NCBI GenBank assembly: GCA_036004705.1 | Contig: DASYRF010000266.1 | Span: forward strand, 1 to 63,044 | DNA length: 63,044 bases | DNA from: Myxococcota bacterium | Lineage (GTDB): Bacteria > Myxococcota_A > Polyangia > DASYRF01 | Reading direction: 5' to 3' | The notes under the pieces: model-generated | Seen by the model: only the letters and a program-made list of their open reading frames with translations | Databases searched by the model: none | What the model was told of the DNA's origin: nothing | Translations under genes and position numbers: made by a program | In this document: piece by piece, positions 1-8,970 of the stretch | Numbering within the stretch: position 1 is the stretch's first letter | Layout: every line of letters starts with the position of its first letter

Positions 1-495
1 GACGCGAGCGCCCACGTGACCCTCACCCTCCACCCGCCGGCGTCCGCCAACGTTGAGGCGCTCGACTTCGAGTGGGACGTGGCGCGCCCGACCGAGGTGC
101 GCGCCCAGGTGCTGCTCAAGAGCAAGGACGCGCAGAGCGGCAACGCGACCGAATCGGGGGTGGCCCTCGCCGACAGCCGCTCGCTGGCCGCCTTCACCGG
201 CGACGACGGCAAGATGAAGGCGCTGCTGACCGCCGCCGCCGACAGCGCCGACGAGCTGAAGCTCCGCGCGCAGTCGCTCCTGCGCGAGGCCGGCTGGTTC
301 GTGAGGTGCGCGGGGGAGTCCGACCTGGCGCGGCTGAAGGGGATCCCGCGCGTCGGGCAGATCGTGCAGATCAACGGCGCCGGGCGGATCCACTCCGGGA
401 AGTACCTGGTCTGGAGCGTGCGCCACACCATCACCGCGCCGGCGCACCGCATGCGCTTCGTGCTGGTACGCAACGCCGTGGGGAACGCGTCATGA
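1..495 (+). CDS. Phage late-control D / gp27-like baseplate hub, C-terminal part (5' truncated by window edge)
   Basis: Frame 1 open from base 1 to TGA 493-495. Ends PRVGQIVQINGAGRIHSGKYLVWSVRHTI...MRFVLVRN, the typical GxYxVxxVxH end of gpD-like hubs. Directly upstream of the spike gene. Confidence 0.65.
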   Translation, partial: DASAHVTLTLHPPASANVEALDFEWDVARPTEVRAQVLLKSKDAQSGNATESGVALADSRSLAAFTGDDGKMKALLTAAADSADELKLRAQSLLREAGWFVRCAGESDLARLKGIPRVGQIVQINGAGRIHSGKYLVWSVRHTITAPAHRMRFVLVRNAVGNAS

Positions 496-514
496 GGGAC
501 GACGGGGATCGACC

Positions 515-1027
515 ATGAACGAACAGACCCTGATGGACCTCGTCGAGCGGGTGCGCAACCGGTTCTACGGCAAGTACCGTGGGACGGTCACGAAGGTCGA
601 CAAGGACCACCAGCCGCGCATCAAGGCCAGGGTCCCGGCGGTGCTCGGCGACCAGGAGACGGGCTGGTGCATGCCCTGCGTCCCCTACGCCGGCGACAAG
701 GCCGGCATCGCCTTCCTGCCGGAGGAAGGCGCCGGCGTGTGGATCGAGTTCGAAGGGGGCGACGTCTCGTACCCCATCTGGACCGGCTGCTACTGGCACG
801 ACAAGGAGCTCCCCGACCGCGTTGCCCCCGAGGTCAAGGTCATCCAGACCAAGGGGAGCCAGCAGATCGTCCTCGACGACAAGGACCACACCATCACGAT
901 CAACGACTCGAACAAGAACAAGATCACGCTCGAGCGCAACGGCATCACCATCGAGCGCGAAGGGAAGAAGGTCCAGATCACCCAGGAAAAGGTCAACGTC
1001 AACGACGGCGCCATGGAGGTGACCTGA
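515..1027 (+). CDS. Baseplate assembly protein V / gp5 OB-fold spike
   Basis: RFYGKYRGTV, RIKARVPAVLG, WCMPCVPYAG, FLPEEGAGVWIEFEGGDVSYPIWTG, followed by a beta-strand-rich spike segment (170 aa). Confidence 0.9.
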   Translation: MNEQTLMDLVERVRNRFYGKYRGTVTKVDKDHQPRIKARVPAVLGDQETGWCMPCVPYAGDKAGIAFLPEEGAGVWIEFEGGDVSYPIWTGCYWHDKELPDRVAPEVKVIQTKGSQQIVLDDKDHTITINDSNKNKITLERNGITIEREGKKVQITQEKVNVNDGAMEVT

Positions 1028-1359
1028 TGGCCGCCCACTTCCTGACCATGGCCAGCTCCATGTCGTGCCCCCACGGCGGCACCGTCACCCCGTCGACGTC
1101 GAACAGCAAGGTCAAGGCCGACGGCCAGCTCGTGCTGCGCTCGACCGACCAGTTCACCATCGGCGGCTGCTCGTACACGATCGGCACCACGCCCCACCCC
1201 TGCGTGCGCGTGCGCTGGGACGTGCACTGCGAGCGCCACGACTCCCAGGGCGACCCGTCGCTGACCGAGGAGAGCGTCGGGTTGTGCATCGCCGGCGACC
1301 AGGCGACGCAGGGGGTGGTGACCATCTCGTCGACGCAGGGGCGCGGGGCGGGGCTCTGA
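1027..1359 (+). CDS. PAAR-like (DUF4280-type) spike tip protein
   Basis: ATG overlaps the spike stop (TGATG). 110 aa with SCPHGG, PHPC..V.W and S.GLC metal-ligand motifs. Confidence 0.8.
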   Translation: MAAHFLTMASSMSCPHGGTVTPSTSNSKVKADGQLVLRSTDQFTIGGCSYTIGTTPHPCVRVRWDVHCERHDSQGDPSLTEESVGLCIAGDQATQGVVTISSTQGRGAGL

Positions 1360-1361
1360 TC

Positions 1362-1748
1362 ATGCCCGGCGAGCGCCACGACTACGCCTTCCCCTTCCGC
1401 CTCGACCCGGCGTCGCGCCAGGCCGCGCGCGCCGCCTACCCGGCGCACGTGAAGCAGATGATCATCCAACTGCTCCTCACCTCGCCGGGCGAGCGCGCCG
1501 ACCTGCCCGAGTTCGGGTGCGGCCTGCGCGCGCTGATCTTCGCCGGCAACTCGGATGCGCTGTCCGCCACCGCGCAGATGCTGGTGCGCGACGCGCTGGC
1601 GCGCTGGCTGTCCGAGCACCTCGTGGCGCGCAAGGTCGAGGTGCTCCCCCCCGAGGACACGCCCGAGGAGAACCAGGTGGTCGTGCGCATCGAGTACGAG
1701 CTGCTCGTGACGCGCGCGACCGAGCGCGTGGACGTGGTGGTGGTGTGA
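1362..1748 (+). CDS. gp25/GPW-family baseplate protein
   Basis: AFPFR, IIQLLLTSPGERADLPEFGCGLRALIF signature, ends VRIEY (128 aa). Confidence 0.9.
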   Translation: MPGERHDYAFPFRLDPASRQAARAAYPAHVKQMIIQLLLTSPGERADLPEFGCGLRALIFAGNSDALSATAQMLVRDALARWLSEHLVARKVEVLPPEDTPEENQVVVRIEYELLVTRATERVDVVVV

Positions 1749-1749
1749 C

Positions 1750-4104
1750 ATGAGCGAGCCGCGCGACCGCAAGGCCAAGCTGGCGGCGCAGCGCCTGGTG
1801 AACGGCATCGACTTCGTCGAGGTCGTGAACCCCGAGCAGACACGGCTGCGCGTCCACTTCGTCTCCCCCAAGCCCGACAAGGACGCGCTGGCGGCTGGCG
1901 TCGGCGCCACCGCGGTGACTATCACCGGCGGCGTCACGGTGCCGGCGATCCCGGTCCGCGCCCCCCTGACCTGGGGAGTGGACGCGGAGGGGTTCCCGAC
2001 GATGGAGCTGTCGGTGGCCGCGCCCGGCGACTTCTCGACCTACACGCTCCGGCTGGCCGCCGCGCCCGGGCTGCTCGATCCGTTCTTCGATCACGCGGCC
2101 TTCTCGTTCAAGGCCGGGTGCCCGTCGACGCTCGACTGCGAGGTGCCGGAGCCCGAGGGTCCGCCGCGCGCCGCCGGCGCGCCCCCCATCGACTACCTGG
2201 CCAAGGACTTCGCCAGCTTCCGCAAGGCGTTGTCCGACTTCTCGGCGCTTCGCTACCCGGCGTGGCAGGAACGGTCCGAGCCCGACTTCGGCGTGATGTT
2301 CATGGAGGCGCTCTCGGCCGTGGCCGACGACCTGAGCTACCTGCAGGATCGCATCGCCGCCGAGGGGTGGATCGAGAGCGCCGGCGAGCGGCGGTCGCTG
2401 GTGCGGCTGGCGCGGCTCGTCGACTACGAACCGCGCGTGGCCACCGCGGCGCGCGTGGTGCTCGAGCTGCGGGTGGCCGCTGCCTCGCTCGACATCCCGG
2501 CCGGCCTGCTGGTCAGCGCGCTGGCCCCCGACGGGACGTCCATCGACTTCGAGACCGGCGACGGCCTCGACGACACGGGGAGCTACTCGGCCGCGCAAGC
2601 GTGGAACGACCTTCGCCCGCACTGGTGGGACGACGGACAGCGCCGCCTGCCGCCCGGCGCGACCGAGATGTGGATCGAGGCGCCGGCCGTCGCGCTCCAG
2701 CGCGGGCAGCGCCTGCTCATCGACACCACGGCCGACCCCGAGGCGGACCCGCCGCTGCGCGAGATCGTCGAGCTGGTCGAGGTCGACGCCCCCATCGACG
2801 ATCCGTTGTACGGCGTGAAGGTGGTCCGCCTGGCCTGGGGCGCCCGGGACGCGCTCCGCTTCGAGCACGATCTCACGCGCACGCGCGCCGGCGCGAACCT
2901 GGTGCCGGCCACCCAGGGGCGGCGCTTCGTCGAGCGGTTCATCGTCTCGCGCCAGCCGTGGTCGCGACCCGGCGCGACGCCGCGGGCCCTGGTGCGGACC
3001 GGCGCCAACGGCACGCCGCAGTTCTTGTACGCGCTCCGCCGCCCGCCGCTGGCCTGGTTGGAGCAGCGCGATCCCCTCGAACGGCCGCGTCCGGAGCTCC
3101 ACGTACGCGAGGTGAGCCGCAACGCCACTCAGTGGGACTGGCACCGGAGCCTCCTCGACGCGGCCACCAGCCGCGAGATCGTCACGGTCGACCCGGTCGG
3201 CTACCGGACCATCGACGCCGGCAACGGAGGGGCCGACTACGACGGCGACCAGGGGGACACCATCCGCTTCGGCGACGGCGTGTTCGGCGCCATCCCGGCC
3301 GACGGGGCGGTGTTCGAGGTGACCTACCGGGCCGGCGGCGGGGCCCACGGCAACGTGGCGGCCGGCGCCATCAACCGCGTGGCCGCTGCCAGCGCCCTGG
3401 CCGCGCAGATCGGCGCGGTCAGCAATCCGCTGGCCGCCGCCGGCGGGCGCGATCGCGAGGCGGCCGAGGAGGTGCGCGAGATGGCGCCCCAGGAGTTCCG
3501 CTACCGCCAGCTCCGCGCCGTCCGCGCCGAGGACTACGAGCGCGCGGCCGCCACGCTCCCCTGGGTGCAGCGCGCCGGCACCGCCTTCCGCTACACCGGG
3601 AGCTGGCTCACCGTCTTCACCGCCGCCGACCCGCGCGAGGCCGAGACCCTGGCGCCCGACCGCGCCGCCGAGCTGACCGAGCTCCTGGATCGCTATCGGA
3701 TGGCCGGCTACGAGTCGTACGTCCTCGATCCGCTCTTCGCCTCCCTCGACCTGCGCGTCACCGTCTGCGCCCAGTCCGAGGCGTTCCGCGGCGACGTGAA
3801 GGAGGCGGTGCTCGCCGCCCTCGACACCGCCCGCCGCCCCGACGGGACCAGCGGCTTCTTCCACCCCGATCGCTTCACCTTCGGCGTCCCCCTCGAACGG
3901 AGCGCCGTCGAAGCGGCGGTGCAGGAGGCGCACGGCGTGGACGGCGTGATCGACGTCCAGTACCGCCGGCGCGGCCACACGCCCGACTTCGTGGCCATGC
4001 CCGACCTGGTCCCGGTGGCCGCCGACGAGATCGTCCGCGTCGACAACGATCCCAGCCGCCCCGAGCGCGGCTCGCTGTGGGTCGACGTGGTGGGGGGCAA
4101 ATGA
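1750..4104 (+). CDS. Baseplate J-like wedge protein (first copy)
   Basis: NGIDFVEV, IDYLAKDFASFR, DDLSYLQDRIAAE, IRFGDGVFGAIP, YRAGGGAHGNV, RAVRAEDY, FHPDRFTFG (784 aa). Confidence 0.85.
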   Translation: MSEPRDRKAKLAAQRLVNGIDFVEVVNPEQTRLRVHFVSPKPDKDALAAGVGATAVTITGGVTVPAIPVRAPLTWGVDAEGFPTMELSVAAPGDFSTYTLRLAAAPGLLDPFFDHAAFSFKAGCPSTLDCEVPEPEGPPRAAGAPPIDYLAKDFASFRKALSDFSALRYPAWQERSEPDFGVMFMEALSAVADDLSYLQDRIAAEGWIESAGERRSLVRLARLVDYEPRVATAARVVLELRVAAASLDIPAGLLVSALAPDGTSIDFETGDGLDDTGSYSAAQAWNDLRPHWWDDGQRRLPPGATEMWIEAPAVALQRGQRLLIDTTADPEADPPLREIVELVEVDAPIDDPLYGVKVVRLAWGARDALRFEHDLTRTRAGANLVPATQGRRFVERFIVSRQPWSRPGATPRALVRTGANGTPQFLYALRRPPLAWLEQRDPLERPRPELHVREVSRNATQWDWHRSLLDAATSREIVTVDPVGYRTIDAGNGGADYDGDQGDTIRFGDGVFGAIPADGAVFEVTYRAGGGAHGNVAAGAINRVAAASALAAQIGAVSNPLAAAGGRDREAAEEVREMAPQEFRYRQLRAVRAEDYERAAATLPWVQRAGTAFRYTGSWLTVFTAADPREAETLAPDRAAELTELLDRYRMAGYESYVLDPLFASLDLRVTVCAQSEAFRGDVKEAVLAALDTARRPDGTSGFFHPDRFTFGVPLERSAVEAAVQEAHGVDGVIDVQYRRRGHTPDFVAMPDLVPVAADEIVRVDNDPSRPERGSLWVDVVGGK

Positions 4105-6854
4105 ACGCTTCGGGACGCGAAGCGGTCGACTACCGCGCCGGCGACTACGCGAGCTTCCGCGAGGCGCTGCTCCGCGCCCGCCCGGGCGAGACGGCGCTGG
4201 CCGGCTGGCACCCCACCGCCACAGGCGATCTGGCGCTCCAGCTCCTGGAGTGGTGGGCCTACCTGGCCGACGTGCTCACCTTCTACAACGAGCGCGCCTT
4301 CCAGGAGGTCCTACTGAGGACCGCCGTCCACCCCGAGGACGTCCGCCGGATCGTCCGGCTCCTCGGCTACCGGCCGCGCCCGGGCATCGGCGCGATCGGT
4401 CTGGTCGCGGCACGGACGCGCACCCCGCACCCCATCGTCATCCCGCGCGGGTTCGGCATCGAGGGCGCCTCGCGGCCGGGCGAGCCCGAGCAGATCTTCG
4501 AGGTCGACGAGGACGTCGACTTCGCCATCCTCGGGCGGGGCTTCCGCTTCGGCCTGCCCGGCTTCGACCCGGTGCCCGGCTGGGGCAGCAAGATGTTCCC
4601 CACGCCGAAGGACGCCGAGGGCTTCCTGCTCAGCGTGGTGGAGGCGCGCATCCCGGTCGATCCGCGGCTCGAGGTCAAGGAGGGCGAATCGTTCACCGTG
4701 ACCCTCGACGGGGTCATGATGACCCTCAAGCCCAAGGACCTGCTGCTCCTTCTGAAGAACGACTGGAACGCGGCTCAGGACGCCGCCGAGGACGCCGGCA
4801 TCGCCGCCGGCAGTTTTGCCCTGGCCATGGTCACGGAGGTCAAGCCGATCTGGGATGCGCACGGCCACGCGGTCACCCACGTAACGGCCATCGCCGCCCA
4901 CAGCCTGGCCGACGGCGCCCTGCGCAAGGACCACCGCATCCTCAAGCCGACCAAGAACGCGCACCTCTGGCTCTATCACGAGCGCTACCCCGGCTCGACG
5001 GATCCGGCGCTGCTCGCCGTCAGCGCCGCGAACCAGACCGCGGAGAATATCGGGACGACGCTCGGGGCGATCTTCACCGGGGGCGCAAGCCTTCTGTTCA
5101 CCGGCGGCCCCAACCAGCAGCAGCTCGACGATCCGCGGGTCATCGCCGGCGCGCCGATTTCGGGCATCAGCAAGTTCCTCGGCGGCGTGGCCCACCTGGA
5201 GGCGATCACCCGCGGCATCCTGCCCGGCGATCCGGTGCTGATCGAGAACAAGATGACGGGGGGCATCGTCGAGGGTCTGTTCCAGCTCGTGCTGCACGGC
5301 GCGATCCCCTCCGCGCCCCTCCCCCAGCCGGTCGACGTCGCGTCCGCCGTCACGCGCGATCTGTACATGCAACTGGTGAAGGTCACCGGTTACGCCGAGG
5401 ACATCTGGTACGGCAACGCGCCGCAGATGGACAGGATCGGGCGCTGCCCGCCCGTGGCCCCGCCGGGCGGACACGGGGTCCTCAGCGGCCAGGCAGAGGG
5501 TCCGATCCCCATCCCGCACTCGCGCATCGAGTTCCCGCCCAACCCGTTCATCGACCTCCTCAGCGGGTTCGGCCAGCTCATCAAGGACGTCGTCGTCCAC
5601 TACGGTTGGCAGGAGGTCGGCGAGATGGTCGACTCGCCGCCGCCGGCGGAGACCACCGAGGTGGAGGTCCCACCGGCGCCCGACGTGCCGCCCGATGTCC
5701 CCGTGCCCGTGCTGGTCAAGGACGCGGCGGGCGTCGGGGTCCTCGGCTGGCTGGGGCAGGCGGGCCGGACGCCCTTCGAGATGAAGCTCGTCCCGCCGCT
5801 CGAAGCCTACGTGCACCTGCTGCCGGTCTCGCGCGGCCGGACCGTCGCGCGCGAGATCCTGGGGCGCGGCGATCCGATCCTGGTCTGGCAGGAGTTCGTG
5901 CTCAAGCGATCGCCGCTTACCTACCTTCCCGCCGCCGACGTCGCCGGGACCGGCTACCGGAGCACGCTCCGCGTCCGCGTCGACGGCATCGAGTGGCACG
6001 AGGTGCCGAGCTTCTACGGCCAGGCGCCCGACGCCCGGGTGTTCGTGACCCGCGAGGACGACCAGCAGAAGACCCACGTGCGCTTCGGCGACGGCGAGCA
6101 CGGCGCCCGCCTGCCCGGCGGCACCGACAACGTGATCGCCACCTACCGTTTCGGCAGCGGCGCGGCGATCCCGCCGGCAGGGACGCTGACCTCGGCGCTC
6201 GACCCGTTGCCGGGCTTGCAGTCGATCGTCAACCCCATCCCGGTGGGCGGCGGCGCCGACCCCGATCCGCCCGACCAACTCCGCCGCTACGCCCCGCGCT
6301 CGGTCCTCACCTTCGGCCGCGCGGTCTCGGGCGACGACTACGAGACCGTGGCCGCCCAGACGCCGGCCGTCAAGCGGGCGCGCGCCTACTGGGGCTGGGA
6401 TGCCGACTCGCAGCGCGCGGTCGTCAAGGTCTTCGTCGGCGACGACGACCCGGCGGTGCAGGCCGCCACCGACGCGCTGCGCGCCTTCGCCGATCCGAAC
6501 CGGCCGGTCGTCGTCGCGCTGGCGGCGCCGGTCTACGCCGAGCTCGGCTTCACGATCGAGGTCCACCCTGACCACCAGCCGGAGACCGTACGCGCGGCGG
6601 TCGCGGCGGCCCTCCTCGATCCGCGCAGCCAAACCTTCGGCAGCGAGGTCGTGCGCATCGGCCAGACGGTCTACGACAGCCAGATCTACGACGCCTGTCT
6701 GCGCATCCCCGGCGTGGTCGCCGTGCGCGCGCTCCGCTTCGCCGTGGCCGGCGCCGCCGAGCCCGGCGAGCGCCACTCGCCCGCCGAGGGGCGCTTCTAC
6801 CTGCTGGCGGGAGATCGCCTGGACATCAAGGCGGAGGTCGCGCGCCATGGCTGA
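4101..6854 (+). CDS. Baseplate J-like wedge protein (second copy) with internal insertions
   Basis: ATG 4101 overlaps the upstream stop (ATGA). DYRAGDYASFR, LADVLTFYNER, RLLGYRPRPG, LRVRVDGIEW.EV, VRFGDG..GARLP, RAVSGDDY (917 aa). Confidence 0.85.
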   Translation: MNASGREAVDYRAGDYASFREALLRARPGETALAGWHPTATGDLALQLLEWWAYLADVLTFYNERAFQEVLLRTAVHPEDVRRIVRLLGYRPRPGIGAIGLVAARTRTPHPIVIPRGFGIEGASRPGEPEQIFEVDEDVDFAILGRGFRFGLPGFDPVPGWGSKMFPTPKDAEGFLLSVVEARIPVDPRLEVKEGESFTVTLDGVMMTLKPKDLLLLLKNDWNAAQDAAEDAGIAAGSFALAMVTEVKPIWDAHGHAVTHVTAIAAHSLADGALRKDHRILKPTKNAHLWLYHERYPGSTDPALLAVSAANQTAENIGTTLGAIFTGGASLLFTGGPNQQQLDDPRVIAGAPISGISKFLGGVAHLEAITRGILPGDPVLIENKMTGGIVEGLFQLVLHGAIPSAPLPQPVDVASAVTRDLYMQLVKVTGYAEDIWYGNAPQMDRIGRCPPVAPPGGHGVLSGQAEGPIPIPHSRIEFPPNPFIDLLSGFGQLIKDVVVHYGWQEVGEMVDSPPPAETTEVEVPPAPDVPPDVPVPVLVKDAAGVGVLGWLGQAGRTPFEMKLVPPLEAYVHLLPVSRGRTVAREILGRGDPILVWQEFVLKRSPLTYLPAADVAGTGYRSTLRVRVDGIEWHEVPSFYGQAPDARVFVTREDDQQKTHVRFGDGEHGARLPGGTDNVIATYRFGSGAAIPPAGTLTSALDPLPGLQSIVNPIPVGGGADPDPPDQLRRYAPRSVLTFGRAVSGDDYETVAAQTPAVKRARAYWGWDADSQRAVVKVFVGDDDPAVQAATDALRAFADPNRPVVVALAAPVYAELGFTIEVHPDHQPETVRAAVAAALLDPRSQTFGSEVVRIGQTVYDSQIYDACLRIPGVVAVRALRFAVAGAAEPGERHSPAEGRFYLLAGDRLDIKAEVARHG

Positions 6855-8958
6855 TGATCTGGATCTGGACCGCTACGCCGCCTGGTACGCGGACAAGCTG
6901 TGGAACCTGCTCCCGGCCATCTACCGCGCCGAGGACTCCGACGACCTCGATCGCAAGGGGCCGCTGCGCGAGCTGGTCGAGCGCATCGGCGCGCAGGCCG
7001 CGGTCGTCCGCCGCAGCATCGATCGGATGTGGGAGGACCAGTCGATCGAGACCTGCGACGACTGGATCATCCCCTACCTCGGCGACCTGCTGGCCACGAA
7101 CCTGGTCGCCAGCCTGGACGCGCGCGAGCAGCGGCTCGACGTCGCCAACACCATCTACTGCCGGCGCCGCAAGGGGACCGTGGGCCTCTTGGAGAAGCTG
7201 GCCGGCGACATCACCGGCTGGGGGGCGCGCGTGGTCGAGTTCTTCCACCGGCTCGGGCGCGCGCGACACGGCTTCGACCCGGCCATCGGCCTGCCGGTCG
7301 CCCCCGACCATGAGCGCTTCCCGTTGCAGCGCGCGCAGGGGCTCATCGGCGCGCGCACGCTCACCGGCGCGGGCGGGCTCGCCGATCTGCGCGACGTGCA
7401 CGGCGCGGTCCAGACCAACACGGCGTTCGACGAGTACCACCACACCGCCGACGTGCGGCGCGGGCGCGGCAAGACCGGCTGGCACGACATTCCGCGCCTG
7501 GGCGCGTTCGTCTGGCGGCTCCGGCCAATCCCCGCCGAGCAGGTGACGCCGGTGCAGGACGCGGCTTGCCCCAACCAGTACACCTTCGATCCGACCGGAC
7601 GCGACATCCCGATCTACGCGGCGGGCGCGCGGCCGTCACGCGATCGCTGGGTGTCGCCGCGGCCGCACGAGCTGCCCGGGCCGATCTCGTCCGAGCTGAT
7701 CAGGGCGTCGCTGGCGGAGCTGTACCGCGTGGCCGGCGGCCAAGTCGGCTCGCTCGCGATCTACAAGCAGCCCGGCCCGAGCGTCGATTTGATCCCGGCC
7801 GCCGACGTCGCCGCCGATCCGCGCCAGCGCAACGGCCGCCCCTGGATCGACGCCGAGCGCGGGCGCATCGTGTGGCCGGCCGCGCCCACCGAGGGTCCGT
7901 TCCGGGTCAGCTACCGCCACGGCTTCTCGTCGGAGATCGGGGCGGGCGGCTACGAGCGGGGGGGCGAGGCGCCGGAGGCGACGGCCAGCCACGCGAGCGG
8001 CGGCGGATCTCTGGCCGGCGCGCTGTCGGGCCTGGGCGCCGCCGGCGCGCTGGTGATCGACGATTCGCTGACCTACACGCAGGTCGCCGACCTCACCGGT
8101 ATCGCCCGCATTGCCCTCCGCGCCGGGAGCCAGCAGCGGCCGCTCGTCCGCCCCGCGCCCGCCGTCGCCGAATGGAGCTTCACCGGCACCGGCGGCGGCA
8201 CGCTGGCGCTCGACGGCCTGTTCGTCGGCGGCGGGGTCGACGTGGTCCTGCGCGGCACGTTCGACCGGATCACCCTCACCTGCTGCACCCTCGATCCCGG
8301 GACCTGGCGCGCCGACGTCAACCCGGCTGCGTGGCGGCTGGCCGCCGACGGGCGCGCGCTGAAGCCCACCCGGCTGCGCGTCCAGGCGCAGGTGCGGGAG
8401 ATCGTGATCGATCGGTGCATCGTGGGGCCCATCTCGACCGAGCCCGACTCCGCCGGCAAGCAAGGGCGGGTCGAGTCGCTGGTCGTGCGCGACAGCATCG
8501 TCCAGGCGGCCGACCCGACGCTCGCGGCCGGCGCCCCGGCCCTGCGGCTGAACGGCGGCGAGGTGGCGCTGTCGCGCTGCACGATCCTCGGCCCGGCCCA
8601 CGTGCACCGCCTGGACGCCAGCGAGTGCATCCTCGACGACGTCGTCACCGTGGCCGATCGCCAGCACGGCTGCGTGCGGTTCAGCGCCTGGGCGGCCGGC
8701 AGCGCCCTCCCCCGGCAGTACGAGAGCGTGAAGGTGCCGCCCCGCGCCGGGCTGTTCGGCTCGCGCGACTTCGGGCGCCCGGAGTACGCGCAGCTCCTCG
8801 ACACCGCCGGGTCCGCGATCGCCGAGGGCGCCGAGAACGGATCGGAGATGGGCGCTTTCCACCGCGAGAAGAACGCGATCAAGGAGCGGAGCCTCCTCAT
8901 CAAGTATCAGGAGTTCTTGCCGCTCGGACTCGAGCCGGTCGTCATCCACGTAACCTGA
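6847..8958 (+). CDS. P2 gpI-like tail/baseplate wedge protein
   Basis: KLWNLLPAIYR.ED, DQSIETCDDWIIPYLGDLL, RRRKGT, F.SRDFG.PEYAQL, GAENGSEMGAF, EFLPLG (703 aa). Start overlaps the upstream gene. Confidence 0.75.
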   Translation: MADDLDLDRYAAWYADKLWNLLPAIYRAEDSDDLDRKGPLRELVERIGAQAAVVRRSIDRMWEDQSIETCDDWIIPYLGDLLATNLVASLDAREQRLDVANTIYCRRRKGTVGLLEKLAGDITGWGARVVEFFHRLGRARHGFDPAIGLPVAPDHERFPLQRAQGLIGARTLTGAGGLADLRDVHGAVQTNTAFDEYHHTADVRRGRGKTGWHDIPRLGAFVWRLRPIPAEQVTPVQDAACPNQYTFDPTGRDIPIYAAGARPSRDRWVSPRPHELPGPISSELIRASLAELYRVAGGQVGSLAIYKQPGPSVDLIPAADVAADPRQRNGRPWIDAERGRIVWPAAPTEGPFRVSYRHGFSSEIGAGGYERGGEAPEATASHASGGGSLAGALSGLGAAGALVIDDSLTYTQVADLTGIARIALRAGSQQRPLVRPAPAVAEWSFTGTGGGTLALDGLFVGGGVDVVLRGTFDRITLTCCTLDPGTWRADVNPAAWRLAADGRALKPTRLRVQAQVREIVIDRCIVGPISTEPDSAGKQGRVESLVVRDSIVQAADPTLAAGAPALRLNGGEVALSRCTILGPAHVHRLDASECILDDVVTVADRQHGCVRFSAWAAGSALPRQYESVKVPPRAGLFGSRDFGRPEYAQLLDTAGSAIAEGAENGSEMGAFHREKNAIKERSLLIKYQEFLPLGLEPVVIHVT

Positions 8959-8970
8959 CAGGGGACTCGC

